In this document: positions 50,108 to 59,418 of the stretch, piece by piece
Position numbering within the stretch: position 1 is the first letter of the stretch
Layout of the letters: every line of letters begins with the position of its first letter
From: Rhizobium sp. Q54
Lineage (GTDB): Bacteria; Pseudomonadota; Alphaproteobacteria; UBA2966; CAIVPW01
DNA: 64,000 bases
Direction of reading: 5' to 3'
Assembly (NCBI GenBank): GCA_945947575.1
Contig: CAMEYM010000001.1
Span: 94,582 to 158,581 of the forward strand
Translations under genes and position numbers: made by a program
Notes under the pieces: model-generated
Seen by the model: only the letters and a program-made list of their open reading frames with translations
Databases searched by the model: none
What the model was told of the DNA's origin: nothing

Positions 50108-52354
50108 ATGACGGCTCTCGACAACAACGTGCCGGCGCACGTCGATCCCGACGACGTCTCCATCAACCCGAGCAACAACCCCAGCATGGCCGATGTCATC
50201 GCTGAGCGCGTCGCGCTCTCGCGCCGTGGCTTGCTGATGGGCACGGCCGCAACCGCCGCGCTCACGTTCGTCGGCGCGCCGCTTCTCGCGCGCGATGCCG
50301 CGGCACAGGCAGCTGCCCCGGCAGCCGCCGCGGCTGCGTCCTCGCTCAAGCGTCCAGTCCAGCTCGGCTTCCGTCCCGTTGCCAAGAGCCTCGCCGACAC
50401 CCTGAGCGTGGCGGAGGGCTATTCCGCCAGCCCTTTGTTCCGCCTGGGCGACCCGATGGCCGCCAACATTCCCGCATACAAAAATGACGGCACGGACGCC
50501 GCGGCAACCTACGCCATGCGCGCCGGCGACCACCACGACGCGATCCAGTACTACGGCATCGACGCCAACGGCCGCTACGCCGCGGCGGGCAGCACCCGCG
50601 GCCTTCTGGTGCAGAACCACGAGGCGATCACGCCCATGTTCCTGCACCCGAACGGCGTCACCACGACCGGCACCGGCGCCGATCAGAAGCGCACCGTGGC
50701 CGACGAGGTGATGAAGGAGTACTACGTGCACGGCGTCTCGATCGTCGAGGTCGAGAAGGCCGCCAACGGCGGCTGGAGCTACAAGCAGGATTCGCGCTTC
50801 AACCGCCGCGTCCACACCCTGACGCCGATGGCACTTTCCGGGCCGGCGGCGACGCCCGCCTACACGGGGACCAAGTTCTCCCCGCAAGGCACCCAGACGC
50901 GCGGCACCGTCAACAACTGTGCCAGCGGCTACACGCCGTGGAACACGTACCTCACCTGCGAGGAGAACTCGATGGGCTACTTCCGCCGCGTCGCCGCGAC
51001 GGACGATCCCAAGCGCACCGACAAGGAGAAGCGCTCGCTCGCCCGCTACGGCGTCGCTGGCACCGGCCGCGAGTTGTGGGCGACTGTGGCGCCCGACACG
51101 GCGGACAACCTGTACGGCCGCTGGAACGCCGAGGCAACGGGCGCTACCGCCGCCGCCGACTTCCGCAACGCGCCCAATACCTACCTGTGGAACGTCGAGA
51201 TCGACCCGTTCAACCCCGACGCGATGCCCAAAAAGCGCACCGCCATGGGCCGCTTTGCCCACGAGGGCGCCGTGCTCGCTCCGGTCGTCCCCGGCCGGCC
51301 GCTGGTCTGGTACCAGGGCGACGACTCGCGCGGTGAGTACATCTACAAGTACGTTTCCACCGCGAACTGGGATCCGGCCGACGCCACGCGTGGCTTGGCC
51401 GCGGGCGACAAGTACCTCGACAACGGCAAGCTCTACGTCGCCAAGTTCAACGCCGACGGCACCGGCGAGTGGATCGAACTGCGCTTCGGTTCGGACAAGA
51501 TCAACGCCAACACGCCGGGCTACGCCTTCGCCGACCAGGGCGACGTGCTCGTCAACACTCGTCTCGCCGCCGACGCGGTCGGTGCCACCAAGATGGACCG
51601 CCCGGAGTGGGGCGCGGTGGACCCGGTCAACGGCCAAGTCTACATGACGCTGACCAACAACAACGCCGCGCTGCGGCCCCTGACGGCGGTCGATGCCGCC
51701 AACCCGCGCCACTACAACGACAAGCGCGTCAACGGCACCAACCAGTTCGGCAACGCCAACGGCCACATCATCCGCTGGCAGGAAGCGGGCGACAACCACG
51801 CCTCGACGACGATGCGCTGGGACATCTACCTGTTCGGCGCCCGCGCCGGCACCGACCCGCAGAACGTCAACCTGTCGGGCCTCGCCGCAGAGAACGACTT
51901 CTCGAGCCCCGATGGCCTGTGGTTCTCGAACGCGACCGGCGTCTGCTGGATCCAGACCGACGATGGCGCCTACACCGACGTCACCAACTGCATGCTGCTC
52001 GCCGCCTTGCCGGGCACTGTCGGTGACGGCGGCGCCCAGGCTCGTCGCACGATCACCAGCACCAACGCCGACGGCCAAACTCGCGAAGTTGCCACCTACG
52101 TCGGCGCTCCCGCCGGCGACAAAGTGCGCCGCTTCCTGGTCGGGCCCGCGATGTGCGAGATCACCGGCATCACCGAGACGCCGGACGGCAAGACCCTGTT
52201 CGTCAACATCCAGCACCCGGGCGAAGACACCCCGGTGGCCAACATCGCCGATGCGAGCAAGTTCGGCAGCCACTGGCCGGACGGCGGCATGGCGCGTCCG
52301 CGCTCGGCCACCATCGTCATCACCAAGAACGACGGCGGCGTGGTCGGCGTCTAA
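50108..52354 (+). CDS. phoX: PhoX-family alkaline phosphatase (DUF839) with Tat signal
   Basis: 748 aa. Twin-arginine signal SRRGLLMGTAATAAL. PhoX beta-propeller blocks. Confidence 0.9.
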   Translation: MTALDNNVPAHVDPDDVSINPSNNPSMADVIAERVALSRRGLLMGTAATAALTFVGAPLLARDAAAQAAAPAAAAAASSLKRPVQLGFRPVAKSLADTLSVAEGYSASPLFRLGDPMAANIPAYKNDGTDAAATYAMRAGDHHDAIQYYGIDANGRYAAAGSTRGLLVQNHEAITPMFLHPNGVTTTGTGADQKRTVADEVMKEYYVHGVSIVEVEKAANGGWSYKQDSRFNRRVHTLTPMALSGPAATPAYTGTKFSPQGTQTRGTVNNCASGYTPWNTYLTCEENSMGYFRRVAATDDPKRTDKEKRSLARYGVAGTGRELWATVAPDTADNLYGRWNAEATGATAAADFRNAPNTYLWNVEIDPFNPDAMPKKRTAMGRFAHEGAVLAPVVPGRPLVWYQGDDSRGEYIYKYVSTANWDPADATRGLAAGDKYLDNGKLYVAKFNADGTGEWIELRFGSDKINANTPGYAFADQGDVLVNTRLAADAVGATKMDRPEWGAVDPVNGQVYMTLTNNNAALRPLTAVDAANPRHYNDKRVNGTNQFGNANGHIIRWQEAGDNHASTTMRWDIYLFGARAGTDPQNVNLSGLAAENDFSSPDGLWFSNATGVCWIQTDDGAYTDVTNCMLLAALPGTVGDGGAQARRTITSTNADGQTREVATYVGAPAGDKVRRFLVGPAMCEITGITETPDGKTLFVNIQHPGEDTPVANIADASKFGSHWPDGGMARPRSATIVITKNDGGVVGV

Positions 52355-52386
52355 GGGCGGTACGCTAGACGAGGGGAGCACGCGCG

Positions 52387-53028
52387 GTGCGCTGGCTCCC
52401 CTCGTTCCTTTTCGCGGTCTGCGTCGCGCATCCGGCCCTCGCCCAGGACGCCCTGCGCGGCAAGCTGCTCTATCACGACATCGGCCGGGTGCGCGGCACC
52501 GGCGTCTCGTGCGTGGATTGCCACGGCGGCATTCCCGGCGCGCTGCACGGGCTGGAGAAGGTCGCCGGCAATCCGAACGCCATCGCCTACGCCATCGGCG
52601 CGGTCCAACAGATGACGCCGTTGCGTGGTCGTGTCACGGTCGAAGACATGGCCGACATCGCCGCATACGTCGCCGACCCCGCGGTGGCGAGTCCCGCCGT
52701 GCATCTGACAACCTCCGGTCCCGCCGCATCCGCGTACACATCCGAGCGTCTCGAATTCGCAGGAGCCGGCACGTCCTCGGTGCGCCTCACCAACGCCGGT
52801 GCGCTTCCTTTCGGCCTTGGCGCCGCGCCGTTCCTTGATGGACCGGCGGCCGCCCAGTTCATCCTCGCGGCGTCAGACTGCGAATCCGGCGCCGTGCTCG
52901 CACCGCAGCAGTCCTGCGCCCTGCGGGTCGAATATCGGCCGGTTGGTATCGGCCTGCGGACGGCAACGCTGCGCATCGCCCACGACTGGATCGGCGGCAG
53001 CACCAATGTCGCGCTGATCGGCCGCTAG
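52387..53028 (+). CDS. Secreted c-type cytochrome domain fused to a choice-of-anchor-D / HYDIN-like Ig domain
   Basis: Signal peptide, then the CVDCHGG heme-binding motif (CXXCH) with MADIAAYVADP. The C-terminal about 110 aa have the SDCESGAVLAPQQSCALRVEYRP pattern. Confidence 0.65.
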   Translation: MRWLPSFLFAVCVAHPALAQDALRGKLLYHDIGRVRGTGVSCVDCHGGIPGALHGLEKVAGNPNAIAYAIGAVQQMTPLRGRVTVEDMADIAAYVADPAVASPAVHLTTSGPAASAYTSERLEFAGAGTSSVRLTNAGALPFGLGAAPFLDGPAAAQFILAASDCESGAVLAPQQSCALRVEYRPVGIGLRTATLRIAHDWIGGSTNVALIGR

Positions 53029-53795
53029 CATCCCTCAAAGTCGATGCTCAGCCGGTCCTTGGCGAACGGCCGGAATGCGCCGTCGGCGAACGCGACGTGG
53101 GTCGGGTGCGTGCGGTAGCTGTCGATGACCGCGCGACTCGCGAACCGCACCAGCCAGACGTAGCGGTACTTCGCCGCTGCATCGACCGCCCGGCCGACGA
53201 AGACCTCCGTGACGCCGGGGATTTCGGCCAGCTCCGCCTGGCCGCGCGCCATCATGGCGCGCGCGTCGTCTTCGCTGCCCGAGTAGTTGTAGACGATGCA
53301 GTGCTCGACGGACTCCCAGCGCTTGCAGCGCGTGGCCGCGTCCGTCCCCGTGCCCGAACTCCGGCTGCGGCGCAACTGTGCCGTCACCGCGTCGGTCTTT
53401 GCCGCAACGCCCGCCTCGTGCATCACCTCCGCCGCGGTCGCATCGATCACCGGCACGCCGCACGCACGCGCAATCGCCGCGGTGTCCGCCTGCTGCGCCA
53501 CGATGCAGTTGCAGCCCAAGCGCATGCCGTGGATCGCTCCCTCCGCCGTCGCCGCGACCAGTTGCAGCAGGACAGGGGCGCGCAACGATCGCGCGCGGCG
53601 CTCGATGGCCGGCAGCAGGTATTGCGCCCGCCAATCGTCCGCCACCACAAAGCAGACAGGTGCCTGCTCGGCCTCGGCGGCGGTGGCCACGGCATGCAGG
53701 TCCTCGAGGTCGCGAATCGCAAACCCGCACAGCGCAAAGCCCTGGCTGCGCGCGTGGGTCGCAAGGTCGCTTGCGTCGACAAGAGGCACAGGCAT
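53025..53795 (-). CDS. Hypothetical fusion protein: class II aldolase-like N-terminal region plus C-terminal Dabb (stress-responsive dimeric alpha/beta-barrel) domain
   Basis: N-terminus MPVPLVDASDLATHARSQGFALCGFAIRDLEDLHAVATAAEAEQAPVCFV resembles the start of class II FBP/tagatose aldolases. C-terminus EVFVGRAVDAAAKYRYVWLVRFASRAVIDSYRTHPTHVAF matches the Dabb fold pattern. Confidence 0.5.
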   Translation of the reverse strand: MPVPLVDASDLATHARSQGFALCGFAIRDLEDLHAVATAAEAEQAPVCFVVADDWRAQYLLPAIERRARSLRAPVLLQLVAATAEGAIHGMRLGCNCIVAQQADTAAIARACGVPVIDATAAEVMHEAGVAAKTDAVTAQLRRSRSSGTGTDAATRCKRWESVEHCIVYNYSGSEDDARAMMARGQAELAEIPGVTEVFVGRAVDAAAKYRYVWLVRFASRAVIDSYRTHPTHVAFADGAFRPFAKDRLSIDFEGC

Positions 53796-53877
53796 GCTCC
53801 CTGAGGGCGAAGGGTCGCTCCAATGTACTCAGGTTGCGGCTTGCCGCAATCGGGCCCGGGCCGCCACACTGCCGGCC

Positions 53878-54147
53878 ATGCCGACCGTCTTCGTGACGCC
53901 CAATCTCACCCGCCACGTGCCGTGCCCGACCACCCAGGTGAAGGGCGCCACGGTGCGGGCGGCGCTCGACGACCTGTTCGAGCGCGTGCCCCGGCTGCGC
54001 GGCTATGTGCTCGACGACCAGGGCGCCTTGCGCCAGCACGTCAACGTCTTCGTCAACGACGAATCCGTGCGCGACCGGTCCGGTCTCGGCGATACACTCG
54101 CCCCCACGGACGAGATCTTCATCTTCCAGGCACTGTCAGGGGGCTAA
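53878..54147 (+). CDS. MoaD/ThiS-family ubiquitin-like sulfur-carrier-type protein ending in Gly-Gly
   Basis: 89 aa. MPTVFVTPNLTRH...DEIFIFQALSGG-stop, with beta-grasp length and a C-terminal GG. Confidence 0.7.
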   Translation: MPTVFVTPNLTRHVPCPTTQVKGATVRAALDDLFERVPRLRGYVLDDQGALRQHVNVFVNDESVRDRSGLGDTLAPTDEIFIFQALSGG

Positions 54148-54151
54148 GCCA

Positions 54152-55276
54152 GTGGCGCGCATCAAGCAAACCGCATTCGTCGGCACACGCAAAGGCCTGT
54201 TCGCCTTCCGGCGCCGCGGCCTGCATTGGGCGCCCGCCGGCGAGCCCGCGTTCCTCGGCGAGCCGGTTTCCGCGGTGCTGCACGACCCGCGCACCGGCCG
54301 CGTCTACGCCGCCCTCCGCCTAGGCCATTTCGGCGTGAAGCTACATCGCTCGGACGACTTCGGCGCCACCTGGCGCGAGATGAGCGCGCCCGCCTTCTCC
54401 AAGGACGAAAAGAAGTTCGATCCCGTCGACCCGCGCACCGTCGAGAAGAAGGGTCCGTCCGTCGACATGATCTGGACCCTCGTCGCCAGTGGCGCCGAGG
54501 AGCCCGAGACGATCTGGGCCGGCACCACCCCCGGCGGGCTGTTCCGCTCCACCGACGGCGGCGATTCCTGGCACCTTATCGAGAGCCTGTGGAACAACCC
54601 CGCCCGCGAGAAATGGTTCGGTGGCGGCTACGACTTCCCCGGCATCCATTCGGTGCTGGTCGATCCGCGCGATGCGCGGCGCGTCTCGATCGGCATCTCC
54701 ATCGGCGGCGTCTGGCGCAGCGAAGATGCGGGCAAGACCTGGGCGCAGATCGGCAATGGCATGCGCAACGCCTACATGCCGCCCGACAAGGCCGGCGATC
54801 CCGCCGCCCAGGATGTGCACCGCATGGCCGCGCCGCTCGCCAACCCCGACGTCGTCTGGGTCCAGCACCACAACGGCATCTTCCGCTCCACTGACGGCGC
54901 CGTGACGTTCAAGGAGATCAAGAAGGTCAAGCCGTCCACCTTCGGATTTGCAGTTGCCGCGCACCCCCACGATCCGAAGACCGCCTGGTTCGTGCCTGGC
55001 GTGAAGGACGTGCAGCGCATTCCGGTCGATGCCCGCCTCGTCGTCACCCGCACCCGCGACGGCGGCAAGACGTTCGACGCCATCACCTCCGGCCTGCCGC
55101 GCAAGGACTGCTACGACCTGATCTATCGCCACGGCCTCGATGTGGACTCGGAAGGCGAGCATCTCGTCATGGGCTCGACCACCGGCAATCTGTGGATCGG
55201 CGACCGCCAGGGCTCGCGTTGGGCGCACGTGTCCGGCCACCTGCCGCCGATCGCCGCCGTCGCCTGGAGCCGGTAG
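54152..55276 (+). CDS. BNR/Asp-box repeat protein (sialidase-like / Ycf48-like beta-propeller)
   Basis: 374 aa, GTG start 5 nt after the MoaD stop. Repeats S-x-D-x-G-x-T-W/F: FRSTDGGDSWHLI, WRSEDAGKTWAQI, FRSTDGAVTFKEI, TRDGGKTFDAI. Confidence 0.7.
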   Translation: MARIKQTAFVGTRKGLFAFRRRGLHWAPAGEPAFLGEPVSAVLHDPRTGRVYAALRLGHFGVKLHRSDDFGATWREMSAPAFSKDEKKFDPVDPRTVEKKGPSVDMIWTLVASGAEEPETIWAGTTPGGLFRSTDGGDSWHLIESLWNNPAREKWFGGGYDFPGIHSVLVDPRDARRVSIGISIGGVWRSEDAGKTWAQIGNGMRNAYMPPDKAGDPAAQDVHRMAAPLANPDVVWVQHHNGIFRSTDGAVTFKEIKKVKPSTFGFAVAAHPHDPKTAWFVPGVKDVQRIPVDARLVVTRTRDGGKTFDAITSGLPRKDCYDLIYRHGLDVDSEGEHLVMGSTTGNLWIGDRQGSRWAHVSGHLPPIAAVAWSR

Positions 55277-55283
55277 CCCGCGC

Positions 55284-56630
55284 GTGACTGCCGCCTCATC
55301 CGGCGCCGGTTCCCGCCCGGCGCTGTTCACCGATCTCTACGAGCTGACCATGGCCCAGGCCTACGTGGCCGACGCCATGGCCGACGTGCCGGCGACGTTC
55401 AGCCTGTTCGTGCGCACGCTGCCCGCGCAGCGCAACTTCCTGCTCGCCGCCGGAATCGACACGGCGCTCGCGGCCCTCGAATCGTTCCGCTTCGAAGCGG
55501 CCGACATCGACTACGTGCGCTCCCTCGGCCGCTTCACGCCCGCCTTCCTCGATTGGCTGCGCGCCTTCCGCTTCCAGTGCAGTGTCGTCGCGGTCGCGGA
55601 GGGCACGCCCATGTTTGCCGGCGAGCCGATCCTCGAGGTCACCGGCCCGCTCGCCCAGGCCCAGCTTGTCGAGACGCTGCTCATCAACGAGCTGCATCTG
55701 CAGACCATGCTCGCCTCCAAGGCCGTGCGCGTCGTCGGCGCCGCGCAGGGGCGCCGCGTCGTCGATTTCGGCGCGCGCCGCATCCATGGCATCGACGCCG
55801 CGGTGAACGGCGCGCGCGCTTTCGCCATCGCCGGCGTCAGCGCCACGTCCAACCTGCTCGCCGGACGCGAGTGGGGCCTGCCGGTGGTCGGCACCATGGC
55901 GCATGCGTACGTGCAGTCCTTCGCCAGCGAAGCCGAGGCGTTCCGCGCCTTCGCCCGCCACTACCCCGACACGACTTTGCTGGTGGACACCTATGACACT
56001 CTGGAGGGTGTGCACCGCGTCATTGATCTCGCGCGCGAACTTGGGCCGGCCTTCCAGGTCCAGGCCGTGCGCCTCGATTCCGGCGACCTTGCCGCGCTCT
56101 CCCGCACCGCGCGCGACATGCTCGACGCCGCCGGCCTCAACCAAGTGCGCATCTTCGCCAGCGGCGGCCTCGACGAGCACAGCATCGCCGCGCTCGTCGC
56201 CGCCCATGCGCCCATCGATGCCTTCGGCGTCGGCACGCGCATGGGCACCTCCGAGGACGTGCCCGCGCTCGACGTCGTCTACAAGCTCACGGCCCTCGCC
56301 GGTCGCGGCCGCGTCAAGCTGTCGCCCGGCAAGAACGTGCTGCCGGGCCAGAAGCAGATCTGGCGCATCGAGGAAGGCGGCCTGGCACGCCGCGACGTCA
56401 TGGGCCGCGCCGAAGAACAGAACACCGGGCGCGCCCTCTTGCAGCCGGTGATGCAATCCGGCGCGCGCATCGGCGCCCGCCCCTCGCTCGCCGACGTTGC
56501 CGCGCACGCCCAACGCGAGATCGCGCGCCTGCCGCAGCTGCTGCGCGGACTCAGTCCGGCCCGCTACCCGGTCGAGGTCAGCGCGGCGCTCACCGCCTAC
56601 GCCGCCGAAGTGCGCGCCGCCGGCCGCTGA
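55284..56630 (+). CDS. pncB: Nicotinate phosphoribosyltransferase
   Basis: 448 aa with GTG start. LFTDLYELTMAQAY N-terminus and GTMAH motif. Confidence 0.9.
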   Translation: MTAASSGAGSRPALFTDLYELTMAQAYVADAMADVPATFSLFVRTLPAQRNFLLAAGIDTALAALESFRFEAADIDYVRSLGRFTPAFLDWLRAFRFQCSVVAVAEGTPMFAGEPILEVTGPLAQAQLVETLLINELHLQTMLASKAVRVVGAAQGRRVVDFGARRIHGIDAAVNGARAFAIAGVSATSNLLAGREWGLPVVGTMAHAYVQSFASEAEAFRAFARHYPDTTLLVDTYDTLEGVHRVIDLARELGPAFQVQAVRLDSGDLAALSRTARDMLDAAGLNQVRIFASGGLDEHSIAALVAAHAPIDAFGVGTRMGTSEDVPALDVVYKLTALAGRGRVKLSPGKNVLPGQKQIWRIEEGGLARRDVMGRAEEQNTGRALLQPVMQSGARIGARPSLADVAAHAQREIARLPQLLRGLSPARYPVEVSAALTAYAAEVRAAGR

Positions 56631-56738
56631 ACCCCGCGGATCGCCTGACGTTGGCGCCCTTAGCGGCGCAGTGGCCCGCGTCTATACTCGCGCCCTCATG
56701 ATCGCCGGGCATTCGTCCCGGCTCTTCCGGAGCACATC

Positions 56739-58169
56739 GTGACCGAAGCTGACCTTGGCTTGATCGAGCAGGCGGACGACGCCGTTCCCATTTGGCCCGT
56801 CGCCGCGGCCGACCTCGAAGGCTGGCTCGCCCAGCAACCGGCCGCGGTCGGCGCGTGGGTCACCGCCCATCGCTTTACCGCCAAGCCCGGACGGTTTCTG
56901 ACGGTGCCGGGCAAGAACGGCCGCGTCGCCGGCGTGGCGCTCGGCGTCGACGCCACGCCCACGCTGTGGAACTTCGCGCCGCTCACCCAAGGGCTGCCCA
57001 CCGGCCGCTACCGTATCGAGCCGCTGCGCCGGTTCGACGCGGCCGTCGCCACTCACGCCGCCTTGGGGTGGGCGTACGGCGGCTACACCTTCGCGCGCTA
57101 CCGCAAGCCGCCCAAGGACAACGAGGCCGCGACGCTGGTGTGGCCCGAGCGCGCCGACCGCGACTACGTCGCCATCGCCGCCGCCGCCAGCACCATCGTG
57201 CGTAATCTCATCAATACGCCGGCCGGCGACCTCGGCCCCGCCGACCTCGCCGCCGTCGCGTTGAATGTCGGTACCGACCTCGGCGCATCGGTCGAGACCA
57301 TCGTCGGTTCCGAGCTGCTCACCGCGGGCTATCCGATGGTCCACGCCGTCGGCAAGGCCGGCCGCCAGGAGCCGCGCCTCGTCGACATCCGCTGGGGCGA
57401 AGCCAAGAACAAGGTTCCGCGCGTCACCCTGGTCGGCAAGGGCGTGTGCTTCGACACCGGTGGCCTCGACATCAAGCCGGCCGACAACATGCTGCTGCAG
57501 AAGAAGGACATGTCCGGCGCCGCCATCTGCATCGGCTTGCTGCACATGATCGCCGCCTCCGGGCTCGACGTCAGCCTGCGCGTGCTGCTGCCCATGGTCG
57601 AGAACTCGATCTCGTCCGAGAGCTATCACCCCGGCGACGTGCTCGCCTCGCGCAAGGGTCTCACCGTCGAGATCGGCAACACCGACGCCGAAGGCCGCCT
57701 AATCCTCGCCGACGCTCTCGCCGAGGCCGACCGCGAGAAGCCCGACCTTTTGATCGACTTCGCCACCCTCACCGGCGCCGCGCGCGTCGCGCTGGGTCCG
57801 GATCTCCCGGCCCTCTACGGCAACGACGACGCGACCGCTGACGCGCTGCTCGCCGCCGGCGCCGCGGAAGCGGACCCCGCCTGGCGCATGCCGCTGTGGG
57901 CGCCCTACGACGAGATGCTCGACAGCAAGATCGCCGACATGAACAACGTCGGCGGCGGCAGCTTCGCAGGCTCGATCACCGCGGCCCTGTTCCTGCAGCG
58001 CTTCGTCACCCGCGCCGACCGCTGGCTGCACATCGACCTGTTCGGCTGGAGCCCGAAGCCACGTCCCGGCCGCCCCGAGGGCGCCGAGCCGCAGGCCATG
58101 CGCGCCGTCTACCGCCTGATCCAGCAGGGTTTCTCTGGCAAGCCCAAGAAAGCCAAGCGCAAGCGCTAG
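56739..58169 (+). CDS. M17 family leucyl aminopeptidase
   Basis: 476 aa with NTDAEGRL and LVGKGVCFDTGG catalytic motifs. Confidence 0.85.
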   Translation: MTEADLGLIEQADDAVPIWPVAAADLEGWLAQQPAAVGAWVTAHRFTAKPGRFLTVPGKNGRVAGVALGVDATPTLWNFAPLTQGLPTGRYRIEPLRRFDAAVATHAALGWAYGGYTFARYRKPPKDNEAATLVWPERADRDYVAIAAAASTIVRNLINTPAGDLGPADLAAVALNVGTDLGASVETIVGSELLTAGYPMVHAVGKAGRQEPRLVDIRWGEAKNKVPRVTLVGKGVCFDTGGLDIKPADNMLLQKKDMSGAAICIGLLHMIAASGLDVSLRVLLPMVENSISSESYHPGDVLASRKGLTVEIGNTDAEGRLILADALAEADREKPDLLIDFATLTGAARVALGPDLPALYGNDDATADALLAAGAAEADPAWRMPLWAPYDEMLDSKIADMNNVGGGSFAGSITAALFLQRFVTRADRWLHIDLFGWSPKPRPGRPEGAEPQAMRAVYRLIQQGFSGKPKKAKRKR

Positions 58170-58446
58170 GAGCCCAACTCCGCCACAACCATTTGTTGCA
58201 TAAGCCATTCGGCGGCGCCGAGTTGCGCCGCGCCCTGGAACAGGCCAGCGGCGCTGCATCGCGCCAGATAGTCTGCCAAGAACGGCGGAAATCCTGGGTA
58301 TGCCGGTTCCCCTCTCTGTCAGCCTGTCACAACCGGTGCGGGAATCGGCTTTCCATGCCACCGCGCTCTGGGCGACTGTTGAGTTATGCAGGGGGGGGCG
58401 CCAAGCCCCCGGCCGACGACGTGCGCAGGATTTGTGGGGCCGTGCC

Positions 58447-58797
58447 ATGACGACGGAACTTCTCAACCGCCAGGTCTTCAGCGGCGGCGACATCATCTTC
58501 AAGGCCGGCGAGGTGCCGCGCTGTGCCTATCTGATCCAATCCGGCGCCGTGAACATCGTCACCGGGCGGGAGGATCACGCCGCCGTCGTCACGACCCTGA
58601 CGGCCGGCGATCTGCTTGGGGAGATGGCGCTGGTGGACGCCCAGCCGCGCTCGGCGACCGCGGTCGCCAAGCAGACCACGACATGCATCACCATCACCCC
58701 GGGGGACTTCGGCATGCGCCTCGCCAAGTCGGATCCGCTGGTGCGGGCCCTGGTCAAGTCGCTCACCCGCCGCCTGCGCAAGACCACGCCGTCCTAG
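58447..58797 (+). CDS. Stand-alone cyclic nucleotide-binding (cNMP / Crp effector-like) domain protein
   Basis: 116 aa from MTTELLNRQVFSGGDIIFKAGE...GEMAL. The phosphate-binding cassette pattern is present. There is no DNA-binding domain. Confidence 0.7.
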   Translation: MTTELLNRQVFSGGDIIFKAGEVPRCAYLIQSGAVNIVTGREDHAAVVTTLTAGDLLGEMALVDAQPRSATAVAKQTTTCITITPGDFGMRLAKSDPLVRALVKSLTRRLRKTTPS

Positions 58798-58974
58798 CCG
58801 GGACGGCCGCAAACCCGCGGAAAGCGGGGGCTTGGCAGCGGATTCCGCGGCTGTCACACGAATCACTTTGCCCGTTTCCGCGCCGGCGCGCATAGTGGCG
58901 GGCGATTCCCCACATCACTGTCGCAGGGGCGCGGGCTCGTTTCGTGCTCGCGGTCGTGCCGCGCCGGGACGAGG

Positions 58975-59175
58975 TTGCTCATTTTGCACCGAGAAAAACG
59001 CTTCGTCGGCGAGTTCCTGGAGGGATCGGAACCCAAGCGTCGCCCTAGCGACGTGCCGCGTCCGCGCAAGTGCCTGTGCTGCCATACGCAGTTCGAGAGC
59101 CAGTGGAGCGGTGAGCGCGTATGCAAGCGTTGCCAGTCGGCAACTGCCTGGAAACAAGGATGGGGCGCGCCATGA
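58975..59175 (+). CDS. Small putative zinc-ribbon protein (66 aa, CLCC...CKRC)
   Basis: Coding-like GC3. The stop overlaps the ATG of the next small ORF (ATGA). Confidence 0.35.
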   Translation: MLILHREKRFVGEFLEGSEPKRRPSDVPRPRKCLCCHTQFESQWSGERVCKRCQSATAWKQGWGAP

Positions 59176-59354
59176 ACCGCAAGCCGAATTACTCCTTCGA
59201 GCGCCAGCAGCGCGATCGCCGCAAAGAGGCGAAGAAGGAAGAGAAGCGCAAAGAGAAGGAAGAACGCCGCGCCGGCGCTACCGCGGCTGTGCCCGGTGCT
59301 GCGCCGGCCGAGACCGGCGGCGAACCCTCCCCGCCCGACCCCACCAAGGAGTGA
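59172..59354 (+). CDS. Small Lys/Arg/Glu-rich protein (60 aa)
   Basis: MNRKPNYSFERQQRDRRKEAKKEEKRKEKEERRAG..., followed by the hairpin ccgcagcgccctgcgg. Confidence 0.35.
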   Translation: MNRKPNYSFERQQRDRRKEAKKEEKRKEKEERRAGATAAVPGAAPAETGGEPSPPDPTKE

Positions 59355-59418
59355 GGTCCGCAGCGCCCTGCGGGATCCAGGATCGCACCAGGGCCCGTGC
59401 GCCTAGAGCGGTTTCACG

